Shown piece by piece: positions 14,539 through 27,551 of a DNA stretch of 64,000 bases; position 1 is the first letter of the stretch; each line of letters opens with the position of its first letter. The position numbers and the translations under genes were made by a program. The notes beneath the pieces are model-generated. The model saw only the letters and a program-made list of their open reading frames with translations, did no database searches and was not told where the DNA came from. This DNA comes from Octopus vulgaris (Eukaryota). Where the stretch lies: the NCBI GenBank assembly GCA_951406725.2, contig OX597837.1, forward strand, positions 5,952,001 through 6,016,000, given 5' to 3'.

Positions 14539-15183
14539 GAGATGATGAGAGTGACAGAAAGGGACACAGAAAAAGAAATGTTTTATAGAAAATGGATTGG
14601 TCGACATTCTTTGTTTATCATCATTACAATTGTTTCCACACGTCGTTACACCCGTTATTCATCGGTGCGATGACATATTTTATGTATTGTATAACGAAGG
14701 CTAGGATCCTTTAAATCTGTCAAATGCCCAATATTCTTTTCGTTATTATTTAGAATTAGTATTTCGTCAGTTCATGCTTTCATTTCCCTCTGCATAAGGA
14801 TAAATGTCCAAAGCTATGTGGAACAATTTTTGGAAAGATGATGCAGGGTCAAAACTTTAACTCATTGGGTATAAAAGGCACCCAAATTTACCAAACTGTC
14901 ATTCGTTTCCCGAACGCAGAAAGCATGCCAAGACTAATACGAAATCAGAAGGAGCAAGCCATTAGATGTCTCCATGCTGGCCAACGTCCATGGGTCATTC
15001 TAATTAACTTGAACTGCAGTATTCGGACAGCTGCGCGGCTGAGGGAACGATACAATGCCACAAACAGCAAGTTTAATCGTCCACGCAGTGGCCGACCGAA
15101 GGTTACAACGGTACGTCAAGCTCGCCACCCGCACCAACAGCATATGCAGTACGAATTCCGGGGGAAGGGGAACGGTATCAGTT

Positions 15184-15416
15184 AGGCTGGGAGCTGGCAG
15201 AAACGTTAACGCGCCGGGCGAAATGCTTTGCGGTATTTCGTCTGCCGCTACGTTCTGAGTTCAAATTCCGCCGAGGTCAACTTTGCCTTTCATCCTTTCG
15301 GGGTCGATTAAATAAGTACCAGTTACGCACTGGGGTCGATATAATCGACATCAATCCCTTTGTCTGTCCTTGTTTGTCCCCTCTGTGTGTAGCCCCTTGT
15401 GGGCAGTAAAGAAATA
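15184..15416 (+). mobile_element. SINE family A, full length with TSD
   Basis: TSD ggtatcagt(t/a)aggc at 15174-15187 and 15417-15430; removing it restores transposase continuity. Confidence 0.95.
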
Positions 15417-15751
15417 GGTATCAGTAAGGCAGACCATAGGGACTCACCACAAACCCATTTGTGCAGAGACACTTCGCCGCCGGCTGAGATGTTTCAATCT
15501 GTCTTGTGGACATCCAGCTAGGGGCCCCATCCTAAGAGATCCTCATCGACTAGCAAGTTTGCAGTAGGCTCAAAAACGTCAGAACTGGTGATATCAGCAG
15601 TGGGGGACTGTAGTCTTCTCTGACGAATGTCGATATTGCATTTCTGTGGCAGACGGCAGAACTTTGGTTTGGAGAAGGAGTGAACGTCATGCTGATGGCT
15701 GTGTGGTGGAGTGAGACTCGTGGGAAGTACAGATCATCATGGTATTGGGAG

Positions 15752-16168
15752 AAGGCGGCTAGCTGGCAGAAACGTTAGCACGTCGGGCGAAATACTAAGC
15801 GGTATTTCGTCTGTCGTTACGTTGTGAGTTCAAATTTCGCCGGGGTCGACTTTGCCTTTCATCCTTTCGGTGTCGATTAAATAAGTACCAGTTACGCACT
15901 GGGGTCTATATAATCGACTTAATCTGTTTGTCCGTCCTTGTTTGTCCTCTCTGTGTTTAGCCCCTTGTGGGTAGTAAAGAAATAGGTATTTCGTTTGCCG
16001 CTATGTTCTGAGTTCAAATTCCGCCGAGGTCGACTTTGCTTTTCATCCTTTTGGTGTCGATTAAATATATACCAGTTACGCACTGGGGTCGATATAATCG
16101 ACTTAATCCGTTTGTCTGTCCTTTTTTGTCCTCTCTGTGTTTAGCCTCTTGTGGGTAGTAAAGAAATA
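15752..16168 (+). mobile_element. SINE family A dimer (full unit plus headless second unit) with TSD
   Basis: TSD ggtattg(g/t)gag at 15741-15751 and 16169-16179; second unit starts at 15985 at the internal ggtatttcgt motif. Confidence 0.93.
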
Positions 16169-16445
16169 GGTATTGTGAGTGATTGCACTAAACCAGATAC
16201 TTGGACCGGTGGTCTTTAAAACATCGGCCAAGGCCGTGACTATGACTAACCGCTGATCGCTACACCAATCAAGTGTTGAGGCATCACATTATGCAATAGT
16301 TTGCCCGTCATCGGAATCACGTGTTCTAACACAACACCGCCCTTGCCCACACTGCCAGGTTGACAACAAACTTCCTCCAACAGCAAAAAAGCGGACACTG
16401 CCATGTCCTGCCGTAAGTCCAAACTAGAACCCCATAGAGCAACTG

Positions 16446-16670
16446 AAGGATTTTCCTGGTGTAGAGGTAGATGCTTTCAAGAATCAGCTTGACTTCGTGC
16501 TATTCGAGGTCCTAAATGAACCAATATCAAAACAGGAAACTCAAAGGACTGCGAAACTCCTCTTTTCTCAAAAAAGCCCATCACAAGATTGGTTATTGAA
16601 ATGGTAATTGCACATAGAGTGCACCAACATAGCCACATTTTTAGGGGTGAAACGTATAAACGAATAAAAA
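16446..16670 (+). mobile_element. CR1-group (L2/Crack-like) LINE 3' end
   Basis: [26 protein letters not shown] resembles the FKxxLDxxLxxVPDEP C-terminal motif of CR1-group ORF2; tail gtgcaccaacatagccaca...tgaaacgtataaacgaataaaa. Confidence 0.65.
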
Positions 16671-16742
16671 ATACAAGTATGTATGTATGAATGTTTATAT
16701 ATATATATATATATTTAGATAGATAGATATATAGATAGATAC

Positions 16743-16777
<35 letters not shown>

Positions 16778-16839
16778 GATAGATATTTAGATAGATAGAT
16801 AGATATATAGATAGATAGATAGATACATACATACATATA

Positions 16840-16915
<76 letters not shown>

Positions 16916-17792
16916 TATATGTATATAGAAAAAGCTGTCTCCTTAAGCGTTCAGAATAATTTTTCCATCGTCTTCGCTTAACAACCCTCAACGTTTTTTT
17001 TTACTGTGTTATTCTCTTTGTTGTGCCTTTTACTGTTTTTACTGTCTTGTTTTGTTCTTACTGTCCTGTTCTTGTTACCACTTTTACACTTCCCCAAAAA
17101 GTCCCAAATTATATTTAATTTGCTTTGCGGGAAGGACTGTTTCAACGAAGTCGCATCTTGCCCTTACCATCGAAACGCGGAGTAGACAAAACAGGGACAA
17201 CTGAAGAAGGGAAATATTCCTTCTGCTGTATGCCTTGTACTCTGATTTTCGTTACTGAGAAAAAAGTTCGTTTCCATGCTTTTGTTTTTGTGCTTTCGTT
17301 TCTCATTGTGTTCAACGTTTTTTGGATGCCGTGTACTCATATACGCATGTATATATACATATATATCTAGGTATGTACATATATGTATGTATATATATGC
17401 ATATATTTATATATTATTTATACTATATATATATATATATATATACATTCATATATACATACATACACATATATATATCGATACGTACATGAGTATATAT
17501 ATTTGCATATATATATATATATATATATATCATTAGCCCACAATATAATACTTAATTAATTAGTGAATTCTGATTATTACACTTTTGCCCCTTTTTTTTC
17601 TTCTCGCCTACACCATTATAAGTTTTAGAAATTAAGCAAAATCTAATATATTAAAATACTTAATCACATCTTAATTTAAAATTTTTATCCTGTAATTACA
17701 ATAAGTGTTAATGAAACCTAGAATTCGTTTTCTAAATGATAATACAGCATCATTTAATCTCATAATATATTTCTTTATTACACGTACCACAT

Positions 17793-17903
<111 letters not shown>

Positions 17904-17975
17904 CAAATATATATATATATATATTTATATGAATACATACACACATATGTATATATGCATATTTATATGTATTTA

Positions 17976-18013
<38 letters not shown>

Positions 18014-18316
18014 TGCACACACACATATATATCTATATAAATATATATACATATATATACATAAGTATATACATAGATGTATGCATATATATATATATAT
18101 ATATAATTATATATATATATATGAATACAAATATACATACATATAAATGTAAATATACACATACATGCATATATATATATACATATATTTATATATACAT
18201 ATATATTCATATTTATATACATACGTATATAAATATACATACATACACATACACATACATATTTACATACATACATACATACATACATGCATACATACAT
18301 GCATACATACATATAC

Positions 18317-18354
<38 letters not shown>

Positions 18355-19040
18355 TGAAAATTATTAATGGTTTTGCATTCTACTCTCCATTCTCCTATCT
18401 AAATTAACACCTAATCAGCCTCACTGATATTTCTAACGTAATAATGAGGTATGCCAATATATAATAATATTAACTCAATATTAACTTATTGTCTAAGTCA
18501 TTACAGCAGATAGATTAATGCAAGTCAATTATATCTCCTCGCTTGATTTCGTCTTCTTAAACGATGGAACGAGGAAAAAAGTTCTTCCTTTATTCTCATG
18601 CAGCGTTTAATTTTCGTTATAATGCATTATCTCATTTAGGAATATTTTACCTTTTAACTTTTTTCATTCATTGGAATTCGGCCATGCTGGAGCATCGACT
18701 AGGGGTAGAGTAGGGCGTTAATCGAAAAAAAATCAACCGCTGTACTTATCTCTAAAGCCTCGTACATATTCTATAAAGCATTTATGCAGAACTGCCATTG
18801 TACAGGAACGTAAACAAACCAACACCATTTGTCAAGCATTGGCTGGACATTATATATATATATATATATTATCATTATTATTATTATTATTATTATGAAA
18901 AGTGTAAGATGGTCAAGACCCTCTTCGGTCATGAATAAGAATGGAATTGCACCTAGAATGTTATCCTCCAAGGCACAAGATTGTGTCTAAGAAAACAATA
19001 TTAATAATAAGTATGAGTAATAATAATAATAATAATGATG

Positions 19041-19158
<118 letters not shown>

Positions 19159-19180
19159 TAATAATAATAATAATAATAAA

Positions 19181-19714
19181 TGCCCTGATGCAGTACCAGG
19201 CAGTGGCTCTCCTGGCTTCTGATCTTAATTGATTGGAAGTGTTATTATGTACATTGTTTTGTCTTAGTATAAAAGATGGGCTACAGCAAATATTCTGCTC
19301 AATACCACAGATTTGCTTGTCAGTTCTTTGACCTTAACCAGTTGAGCATGTCCCTTAGTGGCTGATCACGAGCAGTAGTGGGGGAGCATCATAGCCATGT
19401 GTTGAGAGGGATTATTTGGGGTTTGAATAATTCACCTCTGGAAACATGGGTGGTTCTTTCAACATCCTTAAACAACCCTTATTCAGGGACCTTTTGAGCG
19501 GGATGGGTTACTCGACCTGAAGAAAATTCTAACTGGGCTCCACCTGCAAGGTCATGTGCTGTTTATCTTGATATGAGATCACCATGTCGCGCACATATGG
19601 TTGTGATGCATGTGCCTGGTGTACCCTTATCAGACGGGTAGTCATGATGGGTATACTGGGCTTCGTATATTTTACCCCAGTGTCACTTTGATGGCATGAA
19701 CTGCTCTCTCATTC
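19181..19714 (+). mobile_element. Interspersed repeat family C (probable non-LTR retroelement 3' portion) embedded in (AAT)n
   Basis: Further copies in the window at 32390-32482(+), 41451-41875(-) and 60455-60682(-); long (AAT)n on both sides. Confidence 0.75.
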
Positions 19715-19831
<117 letters not shown>

Positions 19832-19869
19832 AAGAAGAAGAAGAAGAAGAAGAAGAAGAAGAAGAATTT

Positions 19870-20265
19870 CAAGACAAGGCCATTTGTTTTGGCCGGTGTG
19901 GGGTGTGTTTGTTAATAATTCAATACCATCGACCGCAATATTGGACAAGAAGTTTAATTTATCGATTCTAACACCGGATGAATCACCAAGCTAATTTCGG
20001 CGCCATTTGATGTCAGAATGAAGGCAACAACGGAACAAACGCCGAAAGGCAGGTTTTGCGGCGATCTACCGATCCTCACAGTTCACTGTTCTGATAACAA
20101 TAATCATTGTTTATAATGTTGACACAAGGCCAGCAGTTTTGAGAGAAGGGGATAGATCGATGCCATCGACCACTTGTAATTGATTGCTTTTTTGTTTTTT
20201 AGTTTATCGATTCCGAAAGGATGAAAGGTAAAGTTGATCGCGGTAGGACTTGAAATCAGAACGTA
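19870..20265 (-). mobile_element. Two old SINE family A-related copies
   Basis: Reverse-strand tatcgattccgaaaggatgaaaggtaaagttga...tcagaacgtaa and cacaaggccagcagttttg tail variant. Confidence 0.6.
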
Positions 20266-20282
20266 AAGAGAAGTTGTATTTC

Positions 20283-20772
20283 ACTATAGCCTTGTGCCGA
20301 CCAAAGCCTTGCGAGGAATATGTTAGACAGAAACTGAAAGAAGCCCGACCTATATATATTTCTTTATATTTATTTACTGCCCGCAAGGGGCTAAACACAG
20401 AGGGGACAAACAAGGACAGACGATGGGATTGAGTCGATTATATCGCCCCCAGTGTGAAACTGGCACTTTATTTATCGACCCCGAAAGGATGAAAGACAAA
20501 GGTGACCTCGGCGGAATTTGAAACCTCGTTGTGTGTGTGAGAGTGTGTGCGTGTGTGTGCGCGTGTGTGTGTGTATGTGTGTGTGTGTGTGTGTACGCGT
20601 TGTTGGTGTATTTACGTCTCTGTAACGTAACGGACAGGTAAAAGATACAGATAGTATCAGTACCAAAATTTAAAAATTACAAATACTGAGTTTGATTTTT
20701 TTTACCAGAATTCTTCAAGGTGGTGCCCCAGCATGGCCGTTGCTTAATTACTGAACCAACTAACAGATAAAA
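20283..20772 (+). mobile_element. Old SINE family B copy with a nested antisense family A SINE (20357-20522)
   Basis: actatagcc...gaaactgaaagaagccc, then reverse-strand family A tail and body, then resumption of the B 3' half to ggtgccccagcatggcc. Confidence 0.75.
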
Positions 20773-20781
20773 CATTAAAAA

Positions 20782-21176
20782 AGGAGTGGGTGTGTGGTAA
20801 GTAGCTTGCTAACCAACCACTTGGTTCTGGGTTCAGTCCCACTGCGTGGCATCTTGGGCAAGTGTCATCTGCTATGGCCCCGGGCCAACCAATGCCTTGT
20901 GAGTGGATTTGGTAGACGGAAACTGAAAGAAGCCTGTCGTATATATGTATATATATGTATGTGTGTGTGTATGTTTGTCCCCCTAGCATTGTTTGACAAC
21001 CGATGCTGGTGTGTTTACGTCCCCGTTATCTAGCGGTTCGGCAAAAGAGACCGATAGAACAAGTACTGGGCTCACAAAGAATAAGTTCCGTAGTCGATTT
21101 GCTCGACTAAAGGCGGTACTCCAGCATGGCTGCAGTCAAATGACTGAAACAAGTAAAAGAGTAAAAGAGTAAAAGA
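20782..21176 (+). mobile_element. tRNA-derived SINE family B, full length (CORE-like; octopus OR/OK-type)
   Basis: Head gtgggtgtgtggtaag...ggttcagtccc (A/B boxes); CORE-like gcatcttgggcaagtgtc; internal (TA)/(TG) tract; 3' tail (gtaaaaga)x3. Confidence 0.92.
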
Positions 21177-21715
21177 ATGTAACTGAATTTATTAATTATA
21201 ATACTCTCTATTATAGGTACAAGGCATGAAAATTTGGGGGAAGATATCTTATTGTCCGGATAAAAGCGGAAGAAATGCTTCTGTGCATTTTGTCCGACAC
21301 GCTAATTAGTTCTACCTTAACAACAACAACAACAACAACAACGGCAATAATAATCCTTCTTACTATAGGTACAAAGCCTAAACTTGCTGTTGATGAGGAT
21401 AATCGATTATGTTTAACAGGCCTCAAATAAATAAAATTCAAAGTCGACCACGGCAGAAATTGGGTTCAGAACGTAAAGACGGTTGAAATGCCGCTAAGCT
21501 TTTTGTCCGCCTGCTAAAGATCCTGTCAGCTTGTCATTTTGAATTTATGAATAATAATAATTCTTTATAACATTGGTTAAAGTATCATGCTATATTCTGT
21601 TATTCTTTTATTCCTTTATTTGTTTCAGAACGTAGAGACAGTTGAAAGGCCGCTAAGCCTTTTGTCCGGCGTGCTACAGATCCTGTCACCTTGTCATTTT
21701 GAATTTATGAATAAT

Positions 21716-21770
21716 CACACCAGCATGGGTTGTCAAGCGATGATGGGGGGGACAAACGCAGGTACACAAG

Positions 21771-21815
<45 letters not shown>

Positions 21816-22200
21816 GTATATATACATATATACGACAGGCTTCTTTCAGTTTCCGTTTACCAAATCCACTCACAGCCCGAGTCTGTAGTAGACACTTGCC
21901 CAAGGTACCACGCAGTGGGACTGAACCTGGAACCACGTATTTTATAAGCAAGCTACTTACCACACAGCCACTCCTGCGCCTATAACATTATTAAATGTTT
22001 GAGCAACACACACACATATATATATATACGTATATACAACGGGCTTCTTTCAGTTTCCGTTTACCAAATCCTCTCACAAGACTTTGGTTAGCCCGAGGCT
22101 ATAGTAGAAGACACTTGCCCAAGATGCCACGCAGTGGGAATGAACCCGGAACCGCGTGCTTTGTAAGCAAGCTACTTACCACACAGCCACTCCTGCGCCT
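21716..22200 (-). mobile_element. Two tandem SINE family B 5' portions (local duplication)
   Basis: Both end cttaccacacagccactcctgcgcct followed by the identical flank ataacattattaaatgtttgagcaacacacacaca. Confidence 0.85.
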
Positions 22201-22261
22201 ATAACATTATTAAATGTTTGAGCAACACACACACACAGACAACACAACCCGGTACTAGAAC

Positions 22262-22345
22262 AGACAACACAACCCGGTACTAGACTCGAAATCACAATCT
22301 ATTGATCGCGAGTGCAATAAACTAACCACTAGGCCAACCCTCTTC
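22262..22345 (-). mobile_element. tRNA-like head of a third SINE family
   Basis: Minus strand tggcctagtggttag (A box)...gatttcgagtc (B-box-like); a 25-bp tandem duplication agacaacacaacccggtactaga lies at its 3' side. Confidence 0.55.
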
Positions 22346-22638
22346 ACATGCAGGAAAAGTGAAAGGAAATAAATATGGATGTTATTTACCTAGAATATAG
22401 GATATCGTTCAAACATTAGCAGAAACAGATCACTGATTGGGTCATTGTCGTAATCGATATTAATGGAAACCTAACTCTGCGTGAGTGCAAGTAAGCTGTT
22501 GTTCGAAGTTCTGTACTTTTTTTTCGTATTGATTGTTCTGTGGAAATGGTAACGGAATAAAGATCAGGCTCTGTAGAGATCAATCATTATCATGAAATTA
22601 ATGCTTTTGTATTTACTTATCAGGGCGGTCTGTATACA

Positions 22639-22728
<90 letters not shown>

Positions 22729-23534
22729 TATACATATATATACTTATATATATACATATATACACACTCACAAAGGCATATATACATAGCTATGCATATA
22801 TATATATGTATATATATATATATAAAATATGTAAATATATGTATATATACATACATACACATACATTTATACATAGCTATGTATATATGTATATGTATGT
22901 ATATATATATATTTATATATACTGATATATATAAATTTTTATACACATTTAAGTAAATATGATCACACCCTCACAAACGAATATATATATATATTTCGTA
23001 CACACACAAACACACACATACACACACACACAATCACACACGCGCACTAGAACGCACCTCTCCATCTGGTATTTAACGCTTCAATATTAACCATCTTTGA
23101 TTAATTGCTGACTTTAATTATATTTTTTATATTTTATTGTCCGTTTATCTATTTTTTTCATTGATTTTTTTCCCCGTTATTTTTGTAGTTTCGGCTTTTC
23201 CTTCCACCATCTTTTCTCTGTTACGCGGGATCAACGTGGTTTAGTTGAGATATTGTATGAGTTATGGTACAGTAATATTCACTGGCAACATTCGACGTTC
23301 GTTTACCTTTCAACGCAATACATCGGTTCATTGAAATATTTTTAGATTTAAAAAAATATAATATTGCAGCCAAGCTTGAGTGCCGCTTTGAAGAGTGTAG
23401 CGGGATGTGATGTGCCATATCAATTCAATATGATATAGCCCACGCCTTAACGTAGCGTATAGATGTGTATCTTCAAGGTTCTCGCATCGGAGTAACCAAT
23501 GAACATGGAAGAATTAATACCAAGAAGGAAGAAA

Positions 23535-23934
23535 TGTTATTTACAGGTATTTATTCGTTTACCTGACAGGTTGTTACAGAGACAGTAGCAATTCTAGTGG
23601 TAATGACGACAAGGATGACTCGCTGGTTAGTAGTTGATATGTAGAAAACTGTTCTCTGTCAGTAGAGAGGGAAAGAGTAAGGTAGTCATGGTGCTGACTA
23701 GAAAGGAAGAAAGCCTCTCTTCGCGTGTCGAGCGAGGGCGAAGGGAAGTGCTGCCCTTGGTTAAGGCTGATGCAAAAGCCGGTGTTGCTCCTTGGTCTGG
23801 TTGACACCTAAGAGACGGTGTTGCACCTTGGTCGAACGGCGCACACACAGACACAAAATATATTCAGTTCTAACATATGACATCCGCAGATGTACCCTGT
23901 TTTTATTCCTCTCAACTCGCAGCAGTTGACAACA
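23535..23934 (-). mobile_element. Probable solo LTR (~400 bp)
   Basis: TGTT...AACA inverted termini, GC-richer island, minus-strand AATAAA 15 nt before the terminal ...taaca, short internal repeats ggtgttgc(t/a)ccttggtc; no clean TSD. Confidence 0.5.
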
Positions 23935-23943
23935 AATTAATAT

Positions 23944-24147
23944 AAGCAAGCAAGTTAGCAAGCAAGTTAGCAAGTAAGCAAGCAAGTAAGTAAGAATGTA
24001 TGTAAGCAAGTAAGAAAGTATGTAAGTAAGTAAGCCAGCAAGCAAGCAATCAAGCAATCAAGCAAGCAATCAAGCAAGCTTGCTTGCTTACTTACTTACT
24101 TAGTTACTTGCTTGCTTGCTTGCTTACTTACTTACATACTCACTTAC
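23944..24147. repeat. Strand-switching tetranucleotide array (AAGC/AAGT)n to (GCTT/ACTT)n
   Basis: Inversion point aagctt at 24076-24081. Confidence 0.9.
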
Positions 24148-24471
24148 CTATTTTTGGAAGTGCCCCAACCTGGCCACAGTCCATTCCAATAACAAAAATG
24201 AGCAAATCACTAAAGGTAAAGACTAGAATCGAGAACAATTACGTAGACGGTATTGCGATTGTACAACTCCACACAACTCCATATGTATTGTTTAATTTAT
24301 TCATTTGAGAAAAAAATATATATCGTTTACTACAGACGCAGACAAGTTTGTCTGATGATGAATGTCATTTCTTAAGAAAGCGCTTTAGGGTTTATTCCAC
24401 TCAACAGCAACTTCACCAAAATCTTTAACATATGCGAGAATTGCATTTCTTAGAATGAGATATTTCTTAGC

Positions 24472-24910
24472 ATCTTCGTATCCATAGCCATATTTAAGTG
24501 AAAGTATTTGCCTTCACAAAAATAGTTGGATTCCATGTTCGAGAGTAAAAGCTTTTCTCTCCAAATTAGCTGAATCACTAGACTGCGGCCATGCTGGGGC
24601 AACGCCTTCATATCTATAGCCATATTTAAAGGAAAGGATTTGCCTTCACAAATATAGTTGGATTCCGGGTTCGACAGTAAAACCTTTTCCCTCCAACATG
24701 AAGGTAACTTGAGAAGGAATGTAGCTGGATCATTGCGCTGTGGCCATGCTGGAGCAACGCCTTCATATCGATAGCCATATTCAAATGAATGTATTTGCAT
24801 TCGCAAAAATAGTTGGATTCCATTTTCGACAGTAAAAGCGTTTTCCTCCAGATGAAGGTAACTTGAGAAGGAAAATATCTGAATCATTGGACTGTGGCCA
24901 TGCTGGGGTA
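24472..24910. repeat. Three-copy tandem repeat (~135-155-bp units) incorporating an antisense SINE B tail
   Basis: tagccatatt...tttgccttcacaaa.atagttggattcc...tcga.agtaaaa...g.ctg.ggccatgctgg.g in three copies. Confidence 0.9.
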
Positions 24911-25271
24911 CTTATTGGTTTTCCTGTCTAGTACCTCCATCATCTGTTGAACCCCTATGGTACTGGAACGCAAACAAACCTACAAAAGTTAGAAGCCAAT
25001 CGCTAACTGGATGCTACAATGCATCCAATATCAGGTTTATATTATCGAAGTTGGAGCCAACAAATATTTTGAGCAAGTCCCGTTGCCCTATAACAGATTT
25101 ACAGCATTACCCACCAGGAAATTCCATTACTGAGACAAGACCCAAGAATGAAACAAGCACAGGAAGCAAGCAACATAATCAAAAATATAAAACAATAAAA
25201 AATTCCCCCAGAAAACTATCAACCAGCTCATATTACGCTCTACAACCATCTATACCAAGTCAAACTCTGTG

Positions 25272-25330
<59 letters not shown>

Positions 25331-25348
25331 ATGTATATATATATATAC

Positions 25349-25394
<46 letters not shown>

Positions 25395-25966
25395 ATGTAT
25401 ATATATATACATATGTGTGTGTATATATATATATATATATGTGTGTGTATGTATATATATACATATATATATGTATGTATATATATATATACACATATAT
25501 ATATATACATATATATGTATATATATATATATATACTACAAAATTAGAGAATGGAGAAACATACTTAAATCAGTAAAGCATCAACTATCCGATGATACTC
25601 AATCCATACTTTAATACACCATTACATATGAGTAAAGGCAATATATAAAATGAAATGAGATATACAGTAATAGTAAAAGTAAAAAGATAAAGAGATATAA
25701 GTAAAAAATTCCAAATATAATATGCAAATAAATCAAAACTATTAATTTACGGTAATATTATTACCTTTACCCATTTAATACAATAGATGAACTGATTGCT
25801 TGACAATTTTTAACATCTATGTATTATTTTTGTTGGGTACCTATCTAGCAGTATATTGGATATATATTATCCCATGGTGGGTTGAATTTTCAACCCCTAT
25901 CTCATTTTATATATATATATATATATATGTATATGTATATGTATATATATATATGTAAAATATTAG

Positions 25967-26045
<79 letters not shown>

Positions 26046-26216
26046 TAGAAAAAAACCCCACCTTTTATCAATTCAAAATGAATAATTAAATTACACCATC
26101 TAGAAAATTACATATAATAGAAAAGTTAAATTTAAATAAAAATTAAAAAGTAAAGATTTAGTATTTCTAAATTGAATTCTTTTTCCTTGTAAATTTGGAA
26201 TATATTCCCTCAAATA

Positions 26217-26271
<55 letters not shown>

Positions 26272-26510
26272 CAATTGAGGATAAAATCTTTAAAAGAAAT
26301 TATCAGTAGTCAGCGTGAAAAACCTCGTAAGAGAAAAAATCCGTAAATTCTTCCTCTTTGAAAATATTCATTTATATTATATTGAGGGTACTACTATTCG
26401 TAGATACCAACACGCTAAGAGGGACCAATGCGGTCAAAACTACTAAAAATAAACAAAATAATAATATATATATATATATATGTATGTATGTATACATGTA
26501 CACACACACT

Positions 26511-26543
<33 letters not shown>

Positions 26544-26589
26544 ACACACACATATATATATATATATGCATGTGTGATGAGTATGCGGG

Positions 26590-26804
26590 TGCCTGAAGAT
26601 GATGAGGATGATGATAATTATGGGGACGCTGCTAAAGATATATATGATAATGATGATGACGATCGTTGATGCCGTTGATGGTAGCAGGTGATGTTGGAGT
26701 TGTTCTTGATTTATGAAGAAGATGATGCTGATGTTCTTTATTGTGGATGTTGCTGTTGAGGATGGTGACGATAATGATGAGGATGTCCTTATTGTTGTTG
26801 TCGC

Positions 26805-26842
<38 letters not shown>

Positions 26843-27104
26843 GTGATGATGATGGTGGTGATGATGATGATGATGATGGTGATAGTGATGGTGATGATGA
26901 TGATGATGATGATGATGATGGTGACGATGTTGATGTTGATGATAATGATGATGGCGATGATGATGATGATGATGCTAATGATGATGACGTAGTTGTTGCT
27001 TGTGATGCTGATGATGACGATGATGGTTAACGTTTGTGGTGATTTGAAGACGATGATGATGGCGATAGAGTTGGTGATGTCGTTGTTCTTGCCAATGCTG
27101 CTGC

Positions 27105-27136
<32 letters not shown>

Positions 27137-27200
27137 TTGCTGCTGCCCCTACTAATGCGGATGATGATGTTTATCTTCATCATCACGATGATGGTGAAGG
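26590..27200. repeat. Degenerate (GAT)n/(GCT)n microsatellite
   Basis: Directly visible; explains the poly-D/M/I ORFs. Confidence 0.9.
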
Positions 27201-27519
27201 AGAAACTCTAGTCTCTCTACACTGTGCCTTAAACCAACATTATAAACACTGCTAAGACTTCAAATCTAATAAAATGTTCATGCGTTGATTTAATTATTCA
27301 CACCTTGGGGGTTAAAAATACACTAAAATACATACACTCATAATCACATACAGACACGCACACATACGCACACACACACACACGCTAATAGAGAAAGCAC
27401 TTGTACATATGAATAGGTTCTGAAGTGTATGTGTGTCAGTGTATCTCTGTATCAACGTATTTGTATATATGCATGTGTGTGCGTATTTCTATCTAATTAT
27501 CTACCTATCTATCTATCCA

Positions 27520-27551
<32 letters not shown>

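Larger units (their letters stand above)
14925..16450 (+). pseudogene. Tc1-family (DD34E-type) transposase fossil interrupted by SINEs
   Basis: MPRL...RPRSGRPKVTT (Tc1 HTH/GRPR region); after SINE 1: ETLRRRLR...WGTVVFSDECRY...DGRTLVWRR; after SINE 2: AHTARLTTNFLQ...PCPAVSPN*NPIEQL (cf. WPAxSPDLNPIEHLW). Multiple stops and frameshifts; ggtataaaagg TATA-like box at ~14868. Confidence 0.92.

Noticed and set aside
20782-20850. tRNA-like heads of SINEs as tRNA genes
   Set aside because: They continue into SINE bodies and do not form complete cloverleaves
24350-24392. CTGATGA...GAAAGCGCTTT hammerhead-like string
   Set aside because: No credible stem II or stem I pairing
26632-27211. Asp-rich ORF with hydrophobic N-terminus resembling an acidic biomineralisation protein
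   Set aside because: Degenerate (GAT)n open in several frames on both strands, one of many such tracts here; no supporting gene structure
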